The translations under genes and the position numbers were made by a program. A stretch of DNA of 63,998 bases, counting the filler, from Dimargaris cristalligena (lineage: Eukaryota): assembly GCA_003614675.1 (NCBI GenBank). It is 3 parts of 3 records of this genome, joined end to end, with 100 filler letters (N's around TTAATTAATTAA, not from the genome) between each part and the next. Parts side by side here need not be neighbours in the genome. Positions count along the whole stretch, not along the records: positions 44,262 to 63,998 come from ML002717.1; 2 more parts are not named here. The stretch is one strand, 5' to 3'. This document shows positions 47,241-59,635 of this stretch, one piece after another (position 1 is the stretch's first letter; every line of letters starts with the position of its first letter). Under the pieces are notes generated by a model. That model saw nothing but the letters and a program-made list of their open reading frames with translations. It searched no databases and had not been told where the DNA came from.

Positions 47241-50038
47241 TCAAATAGTATTAGACGTGGTCAGCTGGCGTTTGCGGGTATTTCGAGTCGGGTGAATGGT
47301 GGGAGGAAGCGATGGTGATGGTTTGGAAACTGGAAAAATATGGCACTTCTGGGCATGCTTCCACCAATATATTTGCCGAACATTGACGGTGATAATTTTG
47401 ATGCTCTCCAGCGGGATCCATTGGCTACATTGGTGACAGTATCCCTCCATCATAAGCCGAGTCGTCAGTACCTCAGACCCCTCCGATGGTGAATTGGAAC
47501 CTAGATGATTAGTGTCTAATAAACCTAATCAAACAGAAATAAAATTAGAGGTTACCATGTTTTCCCTCATACTAATATGCAATAGTAGTAACATTTAGCA
47601 GGGGAATGCGGCACTATCATTTAGTAAAGGCGGGGATTGTGGCACGTCAGCCCCATCCCCATCGCGCTTCTATTGCATTTATATTTCACCAAATGTACCA
47701 TATTCCCCTTAGACTATCCAGTCCAGTAGTGTAGGACCATCCACTTATTTGCGCATCTACATACCTTGACCATTGGCTGGATTGAGTTTACGTTTGTTTC
47801 TTGACTTGCGACTCCGAAGTGGCGCCTTGGGTGTACTGTTCGGTATCGCTATAACCACTTGGCGTACTGCCCGGGGGGGTTCGTACGGCTGGCATGTAGC
47901 AGACGAGATGCCATGAAAAAAGTTCATATGGTACCTAGATGAGCATTGCAAGAATGGTAGAAAAGCACTTAGACCGGAGTTGATGAGGCGACGACAGAAA
48001 TTGGTAAATGGCAATGAAGGTGTCCCTTTTTCTTCAGAAAAATAATGTAAAATGCATATGTAAAGAAAGATAGCGGGTGTAGTAGGTAAAGTAATAAAGC
48101 TCACCAATATGCGCTGACCTTGGTCCGGAAGGTCCGCAACTCGCCATTGATCCAGCATAGAGGGCACACGCCTTCCTTTTCTACACCTATCCCGCTTGTC
48201 CATCGGGGATTATACATATCATCAAGGGCAATGGGCTTATTATCTACCATACTCCGACGGACCAGGGTGTTACCCGGTACCCGACAATCGAGCGACTTGA
48301 CCTGGGCATGAAACCGGTTAATGAGATCCGGGGGCGTCATAAAATCACTTGGGGCGAGCGGGGGCGCCTTTTCCAGTATGCCAACGGGGCTATTGTTACG
48401 GTCACCACGACTCCGGTCCGTTTTCGGCGATGGCAAAGGGGATAAGGAAGCTGTTGGTACTCTTGACTGTAAATTACAAGAGTGGGCGGCATCGTGGCTA
48501 TTTTTAGATACAGCGGTGGGTGGCATAGCTTCCAGCGTAGTGGCAAGATCCCCCACTAAATTGGCGGATATAGTCGGGGGATCACCACAGCTGAAAGAAT
48601 AAGTGCTATAGTGCCGATCCCACGTATCTTGTTTAGGTACCAAGCGAGGCGTGGGCAAGGGGCTTGAATTTCTAACACTGGTCTTGCCGATGGAAGTCGG
48701 CGGTGTAAGATGATGGGTAATAGTTGGGCTGGATTCGCCTGTTTGAGACTCCTAAGCGGCAACAGCAGAACCGGTGTAAATCCAAATGAAAGATAATTTG
48801 GCGACCGAAACATTAAAGGGCGATTAAAAAACACAATTATGTGATATGGCCACGCAAGCAATAGATTTACATCTAGAGAGATACTAACAACAATTTTTAT
48901 TCAGACAGTCATCTGGTTGTAAAGGATCACCTATACTTACATCGGAATAATCACTGAGACTGCCATTATCACAGTTTGAAGCTGGTTCGTTGGCGGTCGG
49001 GGATATCTGTAAAGGCCAACTGGCTTGGGATTGGGAACTGAGTTGGCATGCCTCTTGTTGTCGAAGGAGTTTGGTTGGTGTGATGCATCCTGACGATGAA
49101 AAACGGATTAAAAAATACATTATTAAATGTATTGGATTAGATTAGGTTTAAAACAGAGCAGCCCAGTTAAGCAAATATGGGATAGTAAAAAAACCCACAG
49201 CCGAATATAACATTACTCAATCCCATTACAAAGGCCAGCTTACGTTCTACCGGGGCGGTGTCAGAGGGCCAGGATTGGTCCCCCGCTTTCTCTAGAAGTC
49301 TCTTGGCGGCATCCCGAAACGATTCTGTTTGGACGTCGGGCAATTCCGCAACTTGGGCCAAGGCCACACCAAATTGGCACCAAAAGGCATGATCAATGGG
49401 CGAGGTAGGTGGTGTCATAGCAGCCACTATTGATGAGCAGGGCGTCGTCAGACTAGTGGTATTGGGGGCCGGTAGTGATTGGGAAGCCATGGGTATCGGC
49501 GGAGCATTAGAAACCACGGGCGATTCCACCCCGTCACCTTTTTCACTGCAACCTACGGTGAAAAAGCTATATAGTGGATATTCAGTGTCCGTTGGTGGAT
49601 GAAATGAGGAGAGTTGCGATAGGGGCAATGATGTGGATATCCACAGATTGCTCGTCAAACCGGTGTCCTCAATAGATACTGGGTGCGAAAGCTCGGACGA
49701 CGGCGGGAGATGGCAAGGTTTCACCAGGTCATTTTGGTGAATTGCAGTCGGTTCGCTCGAATAGGCGTTGAACAAATCGGGGGCAGGTATGGGATGAGTT
49801 GTCGTGGACCACAGCTCACTGATCAGCGGGTCCGCAGAAATCGGGCAGTCTACGCGTGGATAAAGAGAGGGACATGTCCAACGTAAGCGATATAAGCAGT
49901 GCGGTAAATAAGCCCATGGTTAAAACAATACCACCTACAAGGGGACACACGTTCCGTACTTAAAGTTCGTCTGCACCTTTGCATAAACTAATTACCTTTA
50001 CTAGATTCAAAGTCGATGGAAAAAACGAAGGAATCCAT
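47241..50038 (-). CDS. Rua1/Meu26-like (DUF4451-type) putative transcription regulator; multi-exon (3' exons ~48680-48105, 47934-47765, 47500-47241; 5' exon boundaries tentative)
   Basis: Spliced product contains 'DMYNPRWTSGIGVEKEGVCPLC...KVSAYW|YHMNFFHGISSATCQPYEPP...EGYCHQCSQWIPL...YWWKHAQKCH'. Phase-consistent upstream exons lead back to ATG 50038 (MDSFVFSIDF). Confidence 0.8.
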
Positions 50039-50684
50039 CGCTTAACTTCGTACGGTATCGGGCTAAGTTTATATATAACAAACACGCCGGGTCGGGATCA
50101 CAAATGAATGCACCGGCAAGGGTAGGGCTAATCAACAAGATGGGGATTAAGGATGCGAATGGGACGCATATGCATTTATACAAACGGAGCCGGGCCATAT
50201 CCCCCCTCGAAGTAGCATTCAGTGTTTATATGCGTACTAGCGGAAGAACGGCTTGTAAAAAAGGTGTAGTTAACATAAAAATACACACTGCCGGCGCAAT
50301 CGATCACCTGTCTTTATTTTGAATGTTTATTTGTTTAGTTTCTCGACAAGCAAGGTTTTCTGTGTCGGCTTAGAGTGGCGTGTGGTATGGCCAACGGGTA
50401 TTAATATACACCAATCCATGCTCATTTAGCTTTTGACCAGATACCTCGCCGGCTCTTGACAAATCCACCAGGGTTGTTAATCCATTATATCCTTAGCTTA
50501 CACCCTCCCCTGATGATGAGCAGTGGTGTTTGGGGTTTTTAAATGATAACATGGGGAAAATAGGGGAGCGAGCAGTAGGCCAAGGGTGGTATTCGGAGCT
50601 AAGGGATAGTCGCCCACCTGGCTTGTTTTCCCCTATAACAGGCCAGCGCCATCGGTATATTCCAACCAAACCCTACCACGTCAC

Positions 50685-53003
50685 CTAGACCAAGCCCTGA
50701 TCCACGTGAAATAGCTTTTGGTAGTGGTCGAGATTTCTTCGGAGATTGGTAAGTGAAAATTGGGCGACTTCCTGACTGCGAGTTAGTACCGTTTCGAGCG
50801 ATTTAATATACCGGTCGCAGTTCGCCAGTAGTTCTATTTCGGCCGGTTCCAATCCTACGTAACAGGCCTCCGGGCCGGTCTGAACACCCATCACCGACAC
50901 CGACGCCGACGCCGACGTTGACCCTGACGTGGCCCTGAATCTGGATATTGATGGGGTGGACGCGCCCATGATAGTCCCACTGGTCCCTCGGTTAATCACG
51001 GCGGGACCTCCTCTCCCCTCACAGCCGGGTCGCATCCGGCGTGGCGACCACCATTTGCTAGCGAGGTAACTTTCCATTAATTCGACTAGTGCTAATACGA
51101 CGGTCTGGGTCACCCGATTGGGATCCCGGGGGGCCGTTTCCCGCTGGGATTGCCGGCGGGTCGTGGGTCGAGTAGGCGCCCGGAGTAGCGCCGCCACCGC
51201 GGGAAAATGGCGGTGACAGAGCTGGTTTAGGTTGGGGCGTTGGTTTCCGACGGCGGTGGGGGAGCTCCCACTTCCCTGGCGGCCCCCCCTGAGGCGGGTC
51301 TTGGTATCCGTGGCGGATGATGACGACGACGACGATCTCGTCGTTGGTTGCGGTAGTGGCTGTGGTGGTTGGGGCGGTGATTCGGGTTGCGTAGCCTTAC
51401 CGGGTTTCCGACTAGACGTCGCTGGGGTTCCGCCCACCCCCGAACATTCATTTTGTAGTAGGGTATCCAATAGAATCACCTTAAATGTCGGCGACTGTAG
51501 CGTCTCCACGAACCGCCACTGGACCTCCGGGGAGCTTTGCCGCTGCAACCACTGTGCAATAGGACTAACGAGGGAATTCATGCTGATGAGATTGACAAAT
51601 GCCAGTATAACGAGCATATGTAGCAGTTGGTGGAGCAGGGCGTTGCTTTCACTCGATAAGCCAGGGCGAGCACAGCCCCCTAGTAAACTATCCAGGGCCG
51701 GTTGGATATGAGTGACCGCGTATTGGTCGTACAGTCGAGGAAATGTGCGAAGGAGCTGACAATTCTGAATGGAAGTGGCATCTAGTAGAACATATATAAC
51801 CCCCAAGCAATATATATTGTTAGTAAATGGCCCAATGAAGGGTTGTAGAATCCAGGCAATCAAAGGAGATTTAAGAATTGCTAATGAATAGAAATAGTAG
51901 ACAGGGTAGCATTTTGCTCCCTCTTTCGCACACGAATTCGACTTGAACGGCCTTATAATGCGATGCTAGTGAAATATTTAACCTACCTTGGTTGGCCAGC
52001 ATATCTTGGTGGAGCGCATTCACCAAAAGTTCCAGGAGTATCTCTTGAGCCGTATCGCTTAGGGACTGATCAACTTTGCCGTCCGTCCCCGTTACCAACC
52101 GTCCCAGCAGCGACCAAAATCCATGCGGACCCGACTCCCCGAAAATCTTCCCCAGGGCTGGAAGAAACACGTGGTGGGCCTGCTGCCGCTGAATAGTAAA
52201 TAAGTCTCGCAAGTACTGGCCCATGGCCCCCGCCAAGTCCGCATCCGCGCCTGGATCGAGAATGCACTGGAGTAGGGCCAGGAGAGTCGAATCACTCGGT
52301 ACAAATCCGGGGCCCTGCAGTCCATCCAAGAGTTGGAGGGCACTGTCGAAATGCCCCTCTTCAACGAGGCCATCCACCCAGTCCTGTAGAGTTTTATAGG
52401 GCAGACCCGGCAGAGTTTGGGTCGCCGTAGGGGAAAGCGCAGCGGAAGGGGAGGGAGGGGTAAAAAATTGCCAAACCTCGATGCGTTCGGGGTGTTGCTG
52501 AAGCGACGTTCGCCAGAGCTCGGGGTCAGTCGAATAAAGGTGGGTTTGCCCCTGGAAGGACACCACAATCGAAGGGAAATATAATCCGCGGGGGAGGGAT
52601 AGGATAAATAGGGGTGAAAATAGAACATAGAAAATATAGGCATATTGAAATTCTTATTAGTGCACCATAGGGGGCTTGCATAACCGGCCAGCCCCACTAA
52701 AGGCCCCGCAACCCAACGCAGGTCGAGCTGCCATAATTGGTGGATAATTTGATCAACGAAGGTCTACCATTGTGACCGTCTATTGGTAAATAAAGGACTG
52801 ATACCTATACTCAACTACCTATTGGGGCCATATAAATGCCTCGAGGCCCGATGCGCTTTGCCATTAGCCTATTCCACCAAAACCCCATGCTGTGTTGAGG
52901 GTTTCGGACTTTGAAATGGGCGGTGACGGTGCAAAATATGGGCGGGTGTAATGGACTTGAGTGAAATTACCTGGGAGCACCAGCTGATGCGGTCAATAGT
53001 CAT
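50685..53003 (-). CDS. Alpha-helical protein, tentatively SIMC1/Nse5-like; exons 53003-52971, 52551-51987, 51781-50685, about 564 aa
   Basis: Phase-consistent GT-AG model. Segment 'LVEEGHFDSALQLLDGLQGPGFVPSDSTLLALLQCIL...FWSLLG...ILLELLVNALHQDM' resembles the SIMC1 Nse5-like domain as recalled from memory. Gene existence is well supported; the family call is weak. Confidence 0.55.
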
Positions 53004-53861
53004 GGGTGGACAATGGGGATGCGGGTGGGTGGAAGACAGGCCAGGTTGGGTTGGAGTGGGTTGAAGTATACGCAATAAAAATACACCGAGGCAAGAAGCT
53101 AAAATGGGCCGAATCAGAGTAGATTGGGGTCAAAATACAACTATGGTAAATGGGGCAATTCCGGTAGGAGAAAGAGATTCCGAAGCGCAGTATTATGTTG
53201 GTAGTCTGTACAAAAGAGGGTAATATAACACATGCAAAACAGTACGATGCATTTTTTATATTAATAGGTATATATATTGTACACACATAGTCTTCCATTA
53301 CTTCTTATTCCCAAACACCAGGCCTAGGATATAGATAAGGCCTGCGTTACCTAATATACTCTACCTTTTATGGATTTAAAGTCAGATACTACCATTCAAT
53401 ATTTTAATTTGATGCTCCCGTCGAATCGATAGTATACAACCTGATCCCCCCCCCAGTAGCCTATATTCATTTATATGGCCTCGAATAAAAACTCCAATCC
53501 CCCACTTTAATGCAATGCCTTAGTAAAAATGAATACCGATATAGAAAGATGATTCTTATGGTCGAGCTATTAGCCAAGCCGGCAGTATTGGCTGGGCGAG
53601 TAAACGTGATTGGCGCAGTGAAATAATATGAATAATAGCCGATACTGAGTTTCAAAAATATACAGGTTGGTTGTGATAATAGTGTATAAAGGGATATAAG
53701 GAATTAGCCAACTACGGGCTATTCTTTAGAAAAGCAGGGTGCAGAGAGGATGGAGGTACCTCAATTAGAGCAAAACAACCAAATGGAAAGCAAGGGTAGG
53801 GGATATAACACTGTGGAGCCCAGTACCAAGACTACGCGTACCAACATTTAACGGTATTTGT

Positions 53862-55041
53862 TTAATATACGGTTTCTTCTGCCAGCTCGAAAGCATCGAT
53901 TTCGGCGAACTTTTGTTTAATTTCGTCATTCGCCCGTTCGGTTTCCTGGTCAGCCGTGCAGAAAACCAGTGGACCCATGGTAGAAATAATGGATTCAGTA
54001 CAGATACATTCGTTAGTACATTATTGAATGGATAAACCCGCTAAGGCTAGGACTTCTCAGACAAACACGACCGCTCTTACCCATCAGCTGACCCAATAAG
54101 GTAGCCCGAAATGAATTAATCATAAATCCAACTGCTAATCACCCATTAAATCAAAATCGGTTAAACGGCTTTGTCGAATTTCCGCTGACCAAGATCTTAA
54201 TATATATACTCATATATAGGGGGTCTACCTCACTTTGCTCATTGGGAGCTATTTCCGGCTGGTCCCGCAGTCTAGGATGCGAGCGTGTCGATGGGGCGCG
54301 TTTAGACGGATCTGATTTGGTATTCCGGGCGCGGGCCACTTCAGTTATTGCTGACTCATCCAACGATTGTCCCCGGGTCCGGGTTGGACGGGGCTGCCGC
54401 TTCCGCTGCGACAACCTGGGTGGATCGTCTTTCAAGTTCTCGAGCGAGGATTTCCGGGTGGGAATAGTGGTGACGGCGGATGCGTCGAATTTGAGCAGTT
54501 TGTCGTATTGGCCGAGTCGTTCGAGCGAATCTTCATCCACCCCGCGGGACCGATACAGGGGCTGCGGGAGCGGTGATGAAGTAGGGGGGGTGGTAGAGGT
54601 TGGACGGGATGATACTACAATAGACGACTCCTCGGCACCACCGGGGGCATCGGTGGCAGCGGGAGGGGAAATGGGCTCATTGGTACTATTGTTATTGGGT
54701 TTTGTCCGCCGGGGTCGTCGAGTAGTAGCTGGGACTTGAGGAGGGCGGGGCTTCGATCGAGCCTTGCCTTTCGGCTGGGTAGCACCAGTGGAATGCCGCC
54801 GAGGCGAAGAGGTGGTGGTGGTGGTGGTGGCGCGGGCGGGCCTCGAGCGAGCCGAGGGAGTGGCTTTTGCTACCTTGGGGGGTGAGACATGGGAGGAGTC
54901 GGCTGGGCCCAGGGAACGTCGTTTTCGTGGTGACCGTATAGGAGTCTCGGAGACCTTGCCCTTAGCCTTGTCAGTCAACGGTATAGTTGCTGCGGCGGCC
55001 GCTGGTGGAGGCGGTTTAGTGCGAGAACGTAGTGTAACCAT
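53862..55041 (-). CDS. Sororin-like protein; exons 55041-54229 and 53945-53862, about 298 aa
   Basis: Disordered, basic, S/T-P-rich body. The small terminal exon encodes 'ETERANDEIKQKFAEIDAFELAEETVY*', matching the Sororin C-terminal F-x-E-x-D-x-F-x-L-x-x-E motif. Confidence 0.7.
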
Positions 55042-56258
55042 GGGATGAAATGCACACCAAAAAGACGGTTACAATAAAAAGGGGCAGTTTGGATACTAAG
55101 ATAAAGGTGCGGAATGTCGGACTGGTGGTAATAATGTAGAGAAAGGGAGGGGGGACTTGGCGACGCTGCGGTATGGGTTTTTGTATGAATGAACGGCGGG
55201 AGGTGTCTTGGTTTCGGTTGACTCGATAGTGTCTGGACCTAACTGGGTATGCCTGTGGGAGAGGTATCACTTGCTGAACTTGGGGGCCGAGTCGACGGTA
55301 TTTAATAAAGTATATATATTGAACAGTAGATAGCAATATAAACGCGCGGAAAATAAGTCAAGAGTGCAGCGGAGAATTCGTTTGGGAAGGAAGGAGTTTT
55401 ATATACCCCGAGGGGACTCGGGCTAACGAAGGGAAAGGGGTGGGGTGTGGGATACTCCTCCTCCTCTCCATTGTTTGAGGGGTTTCACTTGAAGGGCGAG
55501 AGACATGGGGCGGAATGGTGCAAAGGGGGGAGATTAAAGTGACTGGGTCGCTGCTCTACATAGCGAGGCTGCAAAACGACGCACCATCGCCAAACACATT
55601 GCGCAACACGCCTCCTCCGACTGACAGTGCTAGTAGGACTTAGTGGAACTTAATTCAGGACGTTGCTTCCAACCAGCTTTAATATAGTAACTCGTTCAAT
55701 AGTTATAGTTAGTTCTATCACCTTTTAGTAAGGAGATGGACCCTTGTTGACCGTGTTTTCGATATTCACTTTGCACGTGGGGGTCAAGAAGATACCTGGT
55801 GCCTGTGAACCAAGCCCCTGCCCTGCTACATACCTCCTCTTTCCTTGCTATTGTTATGGCTGGCCTTGAATTCTCTCCCGCTCTCCTCAGGCCTACCACT
55901 ATACAAGATTCGCCCTTCCAAAGTCCGTTCCTTTGGCACTACTTCTTCCCCACCCTACTATCGCTAAGCCCTCTTTATATCCCTGCACTTTAGTTGTGCT
56001 GGCTAGAGAGGCTCTTTACTCTAATTCTACTACAATTCACTCCCATTAGACTTTTGGCTGCTCCTCCTCCTCCTTTTTTCTAGTACTGTCCTTTAATTAC
56101 CACGCGTGCCCAGCTGTCGCTTCTTTGAGGCCTTCTGTCTATAGGCATATTTCTTATTTAGTTCTAGAGTGCTTTGGCTATACGCATCCACCTCGCTACT
56201 ATACCTACTACTACTCCCCTCCCCTTACCTTCTCAGTCTAGCGTTTTAAATCGCGTCC

Positions 56259-58175
56259 ATGGCCTCATCCACAACTGACAAGGCTGCCGCTAAAAAGACC
56301 AACGGTGCCGCCACCCCCGCTACTTCCAAAAAGCGCCGCCGTGGTCCCAGCGTTTCCGAGGCCGCAGCCCAGCCGGCCGATGACTCCCACAAGGCGGAGG
56401 AGGTCCCTGGAGAGGATCCCGAAGAAAAGCCGGTTCCCCTCGATCCCCAGGGCGAAACCAAGATTACCGCTCTCGGTGAACTGTTGGGTGGCCGCCGCTT
56501 CCGCTTCAGTGCCTTCCAACTTCCGACCCGGCACCCTGGTCGCTTTTACGCACTTTCCATGGATGTAGTGAGGTTCAGCTCGGCCCGCGACACGTACATT
56601 CTCTTCCAGAAGAACCCCCAAATGGTGCGGCTTATCCTCACCGACGAGGAAAAGTTTCGTCTGATCGACGAAGGTGTAGTGCCCAAGAATTTCCGAAGCC
56701 GGACCATTCCCTTCATCACGGCGCGGAGTGCCTTTATTCGGTATGGACATTCCCTAATTGAAAAGGGCAAGCCGGTGGTCGATGACTACTATGAGGCCGA
56801 GGCCCAGCGGGAGAAGGCGGAACACGACGCCGAGCGAGCCGCCGCCGGTGGTAGTGGTGGTCTGAGGGAGAGCTCACCCATGAGTCCATCCACAACCGGT
56901 ACTTCCGATGTCCGTCGCCGGTCGCACACCCCCCGCCGATCCTCCCCGCATGGTGGTCCCCCCGGCCTACCGCCATCCGATGATGCGCAGTCCTCCCTGA
57001 CTGACCCCAATACGTTTTGGTCGGCCTCCCCTCCCCCTGTAGGTCCTGTCCTCATGAGCCCCTCGGTCTCCCAGCAGCACCTCCCGGGGGGGTCCTCTGC
57101 CACCAACGGGGGGCGTCGCCACACCCCCTCCGAACCCCCTACCAAGAAGGCCACGCCGACGACGACGACACAGGGCCCCAGTGGCAGCGGTGGAACCGCC
57201 GAACCCCGGGACGGCGGCGAAGACGAAACGAAATCGACCCCAGTGGATACGGCGGCCATCGAGGCCGAAGAACTCGCCGCGCGATTCGCGCCCCACGCCG
57301 ATCGGGACGCGTGGCTCTTTAACGCCTGCCAGTCGGTGTGGGAATACAACACCCGGCTGCGGATGGATCGGCGCAAGAAGCCCAAATTCTGGGACCCCCA
57401 CACTTATGTGCATCAGGTCCCGGCCGCCTCACAGCCCACGCGGGTAGTAGCTGTGCGCGAGTCCGGCGGCCCTGCAGCAGCTGCCGCATCTACCGCCCTA
57501 CCCCCACCCATTGTATTCGTGCCCGCCCCAGACATGGACGGGTTATTACTCAGCCACGGTCTTGGTCACAACCATTCGCTGCCGCAGGAGAAACCACCCG
57601 CCGCCTCACGTGTCACCTACACTTACTCTTCTGGACTGGCTCGACCGGATTCGGCGGTGGCAGCATCCCCTGAATTATCCCCACTGCCGTTAGCGGCATC
57701 ATCATACGCATCATCCACACCACTACTATCTAACCCCGCTGCCGCCGCCCCCGGCTACGATGAGTTCCCGCTGGCCGTCATGCCCAGTCAATACCAGGGC
57801 TACGTCTCTACCCTACGCACACGCTTTAACCAACCCCTCCCGTTCCACCCCCAACTGGGGGTCGACCGGGCTGCCCTCAAGTCCCAGGTGCTTGCCCAGG
57901 CGGCTGCCCAGATGGCCGCCCTAGCCAACAAGCCCACCCCCATCCCTGCTTCTACCCCCGCACCTGCTCGTAATATCAAATCCCTTACCGTGAGCCAACC
58001 CCATTTGGCATCGGCCCCTTCACCCCTGCCCAGTGCGTCCGTCGCGGGGCCGCTGACCGCCCGATCCACCGATGGTCTGCGGAGTCCCCTCGCCCATACT
58101 CTATCCAGCAGTGTGGCCGCGGGCCTGACCTCGCCGAATGCCCGCATGTCCCCCAAAACCCTATCTTTTTCGTAG
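56259..58175 (+). CDS. RSC7: Chromatin-remodelling complex subunit Rsc7/Npl6/Swp82-like, 638 aa
   Basis: CRC_subunit-type domain 'DPQGETKITALGELLGGRRFR...RDTYILFQKNP...LIDEGVVP...ITARSAFIRYG...GKPVVDDYYE', plus a second conserved block 'WLFNACQSVWEYNTRL...WDPHT'. Confidence 0.87.
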   Translation: MASSTTDKAAAKKTNGAATPATSKKRRRGPSVSEAAAQPADDSHKAEEVPGEDPEEKPVPLDPQGETKITALGELLGGRRFRFSAFQLPTRHPGRFYALSMDVVRFSSARDTYILFQKNPQMVRLILTDEEKFRLIDEGVVPKNFRSRTIPFITARSAFIRYGHSLIEKGKPVVDDYYEAEAQREKAEHDAERAAAGGSGGLRESSPMSPSTTGTSDVRRRSHTPRRSSPHGGPPGLPPSDDAQSSLTDPNTFWSASPPPVGPVLMSPSVSQQHLPGGSSATNGGRRHTPSEPPTKKATPTTTTQGPSGSGGTAEPRDGGEDETKSTPVDTAAIEAEELAARFAPHADRDAWLFNACQSVWEYNTRLRMDRRKKPKFWDPHTYVHQVPAASQPTRVVAVRESGGPAAAAASTALPPPIVFVPAPDMDGLLLSHGLGHNHSLPQEKPPAASRVTYTYSSGLARPDSAVAASPELSPLPLAASSYASSTPLLSNPAAAAPGYDEFPLAVMPSQYQGYVSTLRTRFNQPLPFHPQLGVDRAALKSQVLAQAAAQMAALANKPTPIPASTPAPARNIKSLTVSQPHLASAPSPLPSASVAGPLTARSTDGLRSPLAHTLSSSVAAGLTSPNARMSPKTLSFS

Positions 58176-59635
58176 CCAGTTTGACAGCCCCTTCCTGTTA
58201 GGGTGATACTACCAACGATTTCGCTAGACGATAGTGGAGAACGTCTGAATGGACATCCATTTATATATATATTCAGTGACATTCAACAGAATTTCATTCC
58301 CCCCTCTCCCGCCCATTTCGGCCTCATTTATTTATATTACCATTATGATATCTCCTATTAGTCGCCATCATTAAGTTCACTCCTGGATGAACATTCTTAG
58401 TTGATTTATCCCTTCCTGTCGTGCCCGCACAAACAATACATTCTACTATATTCGACACTATATACCTACTTATTTACTATTTTCGGTACGTGTCCATTAA
58501 CCTCCTATACTTAGAATATTTTCTAATATCCCAAGCTCTGTACTCTTTATCACGTGTAAAATTCGATAATTATTATTTATAAATAAAAGCCCCCTACGTA
58601 CACCACAACAACCCCCTTGTTCATTAAGCCGACCATGTCTTGTACCAAGCCGTCGCCTTGATTGTTAGTATATAGTGTACCTCCCACCAGACCAAACAGC
58701 AATGGTGGAACCAACTTTTGGAAGCGGCTCTATTCTGTAGTATCGAAAAATATGTTAGCAGGGCCGAATACTTTTAACGAACAGGGTTTTCTACCAGCCA
58801 TGTATCATATCCATTGGGTCCCAAATTCGGTCCAATGATTTGGAACCTCTCCTATACATATTCCCACCAAATTAGTAAATTAATTAGTAAACAGCATATA
58901 GCCACCGCACTAATAAGTCAGTAATTACAAGTTCATCAGTAGAGACTCGGGCCAGGGTTTTTTCACTGTTTAACAATGAGCCCTGAATGCTTGACAACCA
59001 AGTCTAATGCCAATAACCTTGTACTCAGATACCCCATAAAGTATTCGCCAGTGTGCTTAGCACCTTACTTGGATAGCCCCTTGAGGCTATCGGAGGCGTA
59101 AATCGACTTTCCACTAAAGATTGTCTTGTAACCACTAACTTGTAACCCAGCATCAGTGTAATTAAAAGGTGCCCAGAGCTCAGGGTAAACGGCATCACTT
59201 GGTGGTTGTATATCCATAGTGGTAAATGGACGGAATCAGTTAGGAGTATCTTGGCCCCACATTAGCGTGCATTATCCCAAACCCCGGTTTCCCGGAATTG
59301 TATACTATTTGATGAATTCATGGTCATTCTGCATTCATGAATTCCGGCGTACGCTGGGCCAATCTGTCATCATCTTATTGTATTGAGATTTTTATAAGGA
59401 AATAAAAGTAGAAACTCGATAAAAAACTAACTAAAAGAGAAAGTGAGGGGCATAGAGACAATAAATTGTGACCCCCCGTTAAGTAGGACTGGATACGAAG
59501 TAGATGACACTTCTGCCTTTAGGACCAAGCCAAACGCAAAGAAAGAGATAAATAAATAAAACGACCATAACGTATGTAAAACAAAAACAAAACAAACCCA
59601 AGTAAATTTCAGAGACATTCGAACGCCAGCCCCAT

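Noticed and set aside
47871..47879. Third CCC-CCC-CG site, in the Rua1-like gene
   Set aside because: Frame 0 continues the expected motif and the +1 frame stops after 6 codons, so no shift is needed; kept only as counter-evidence.
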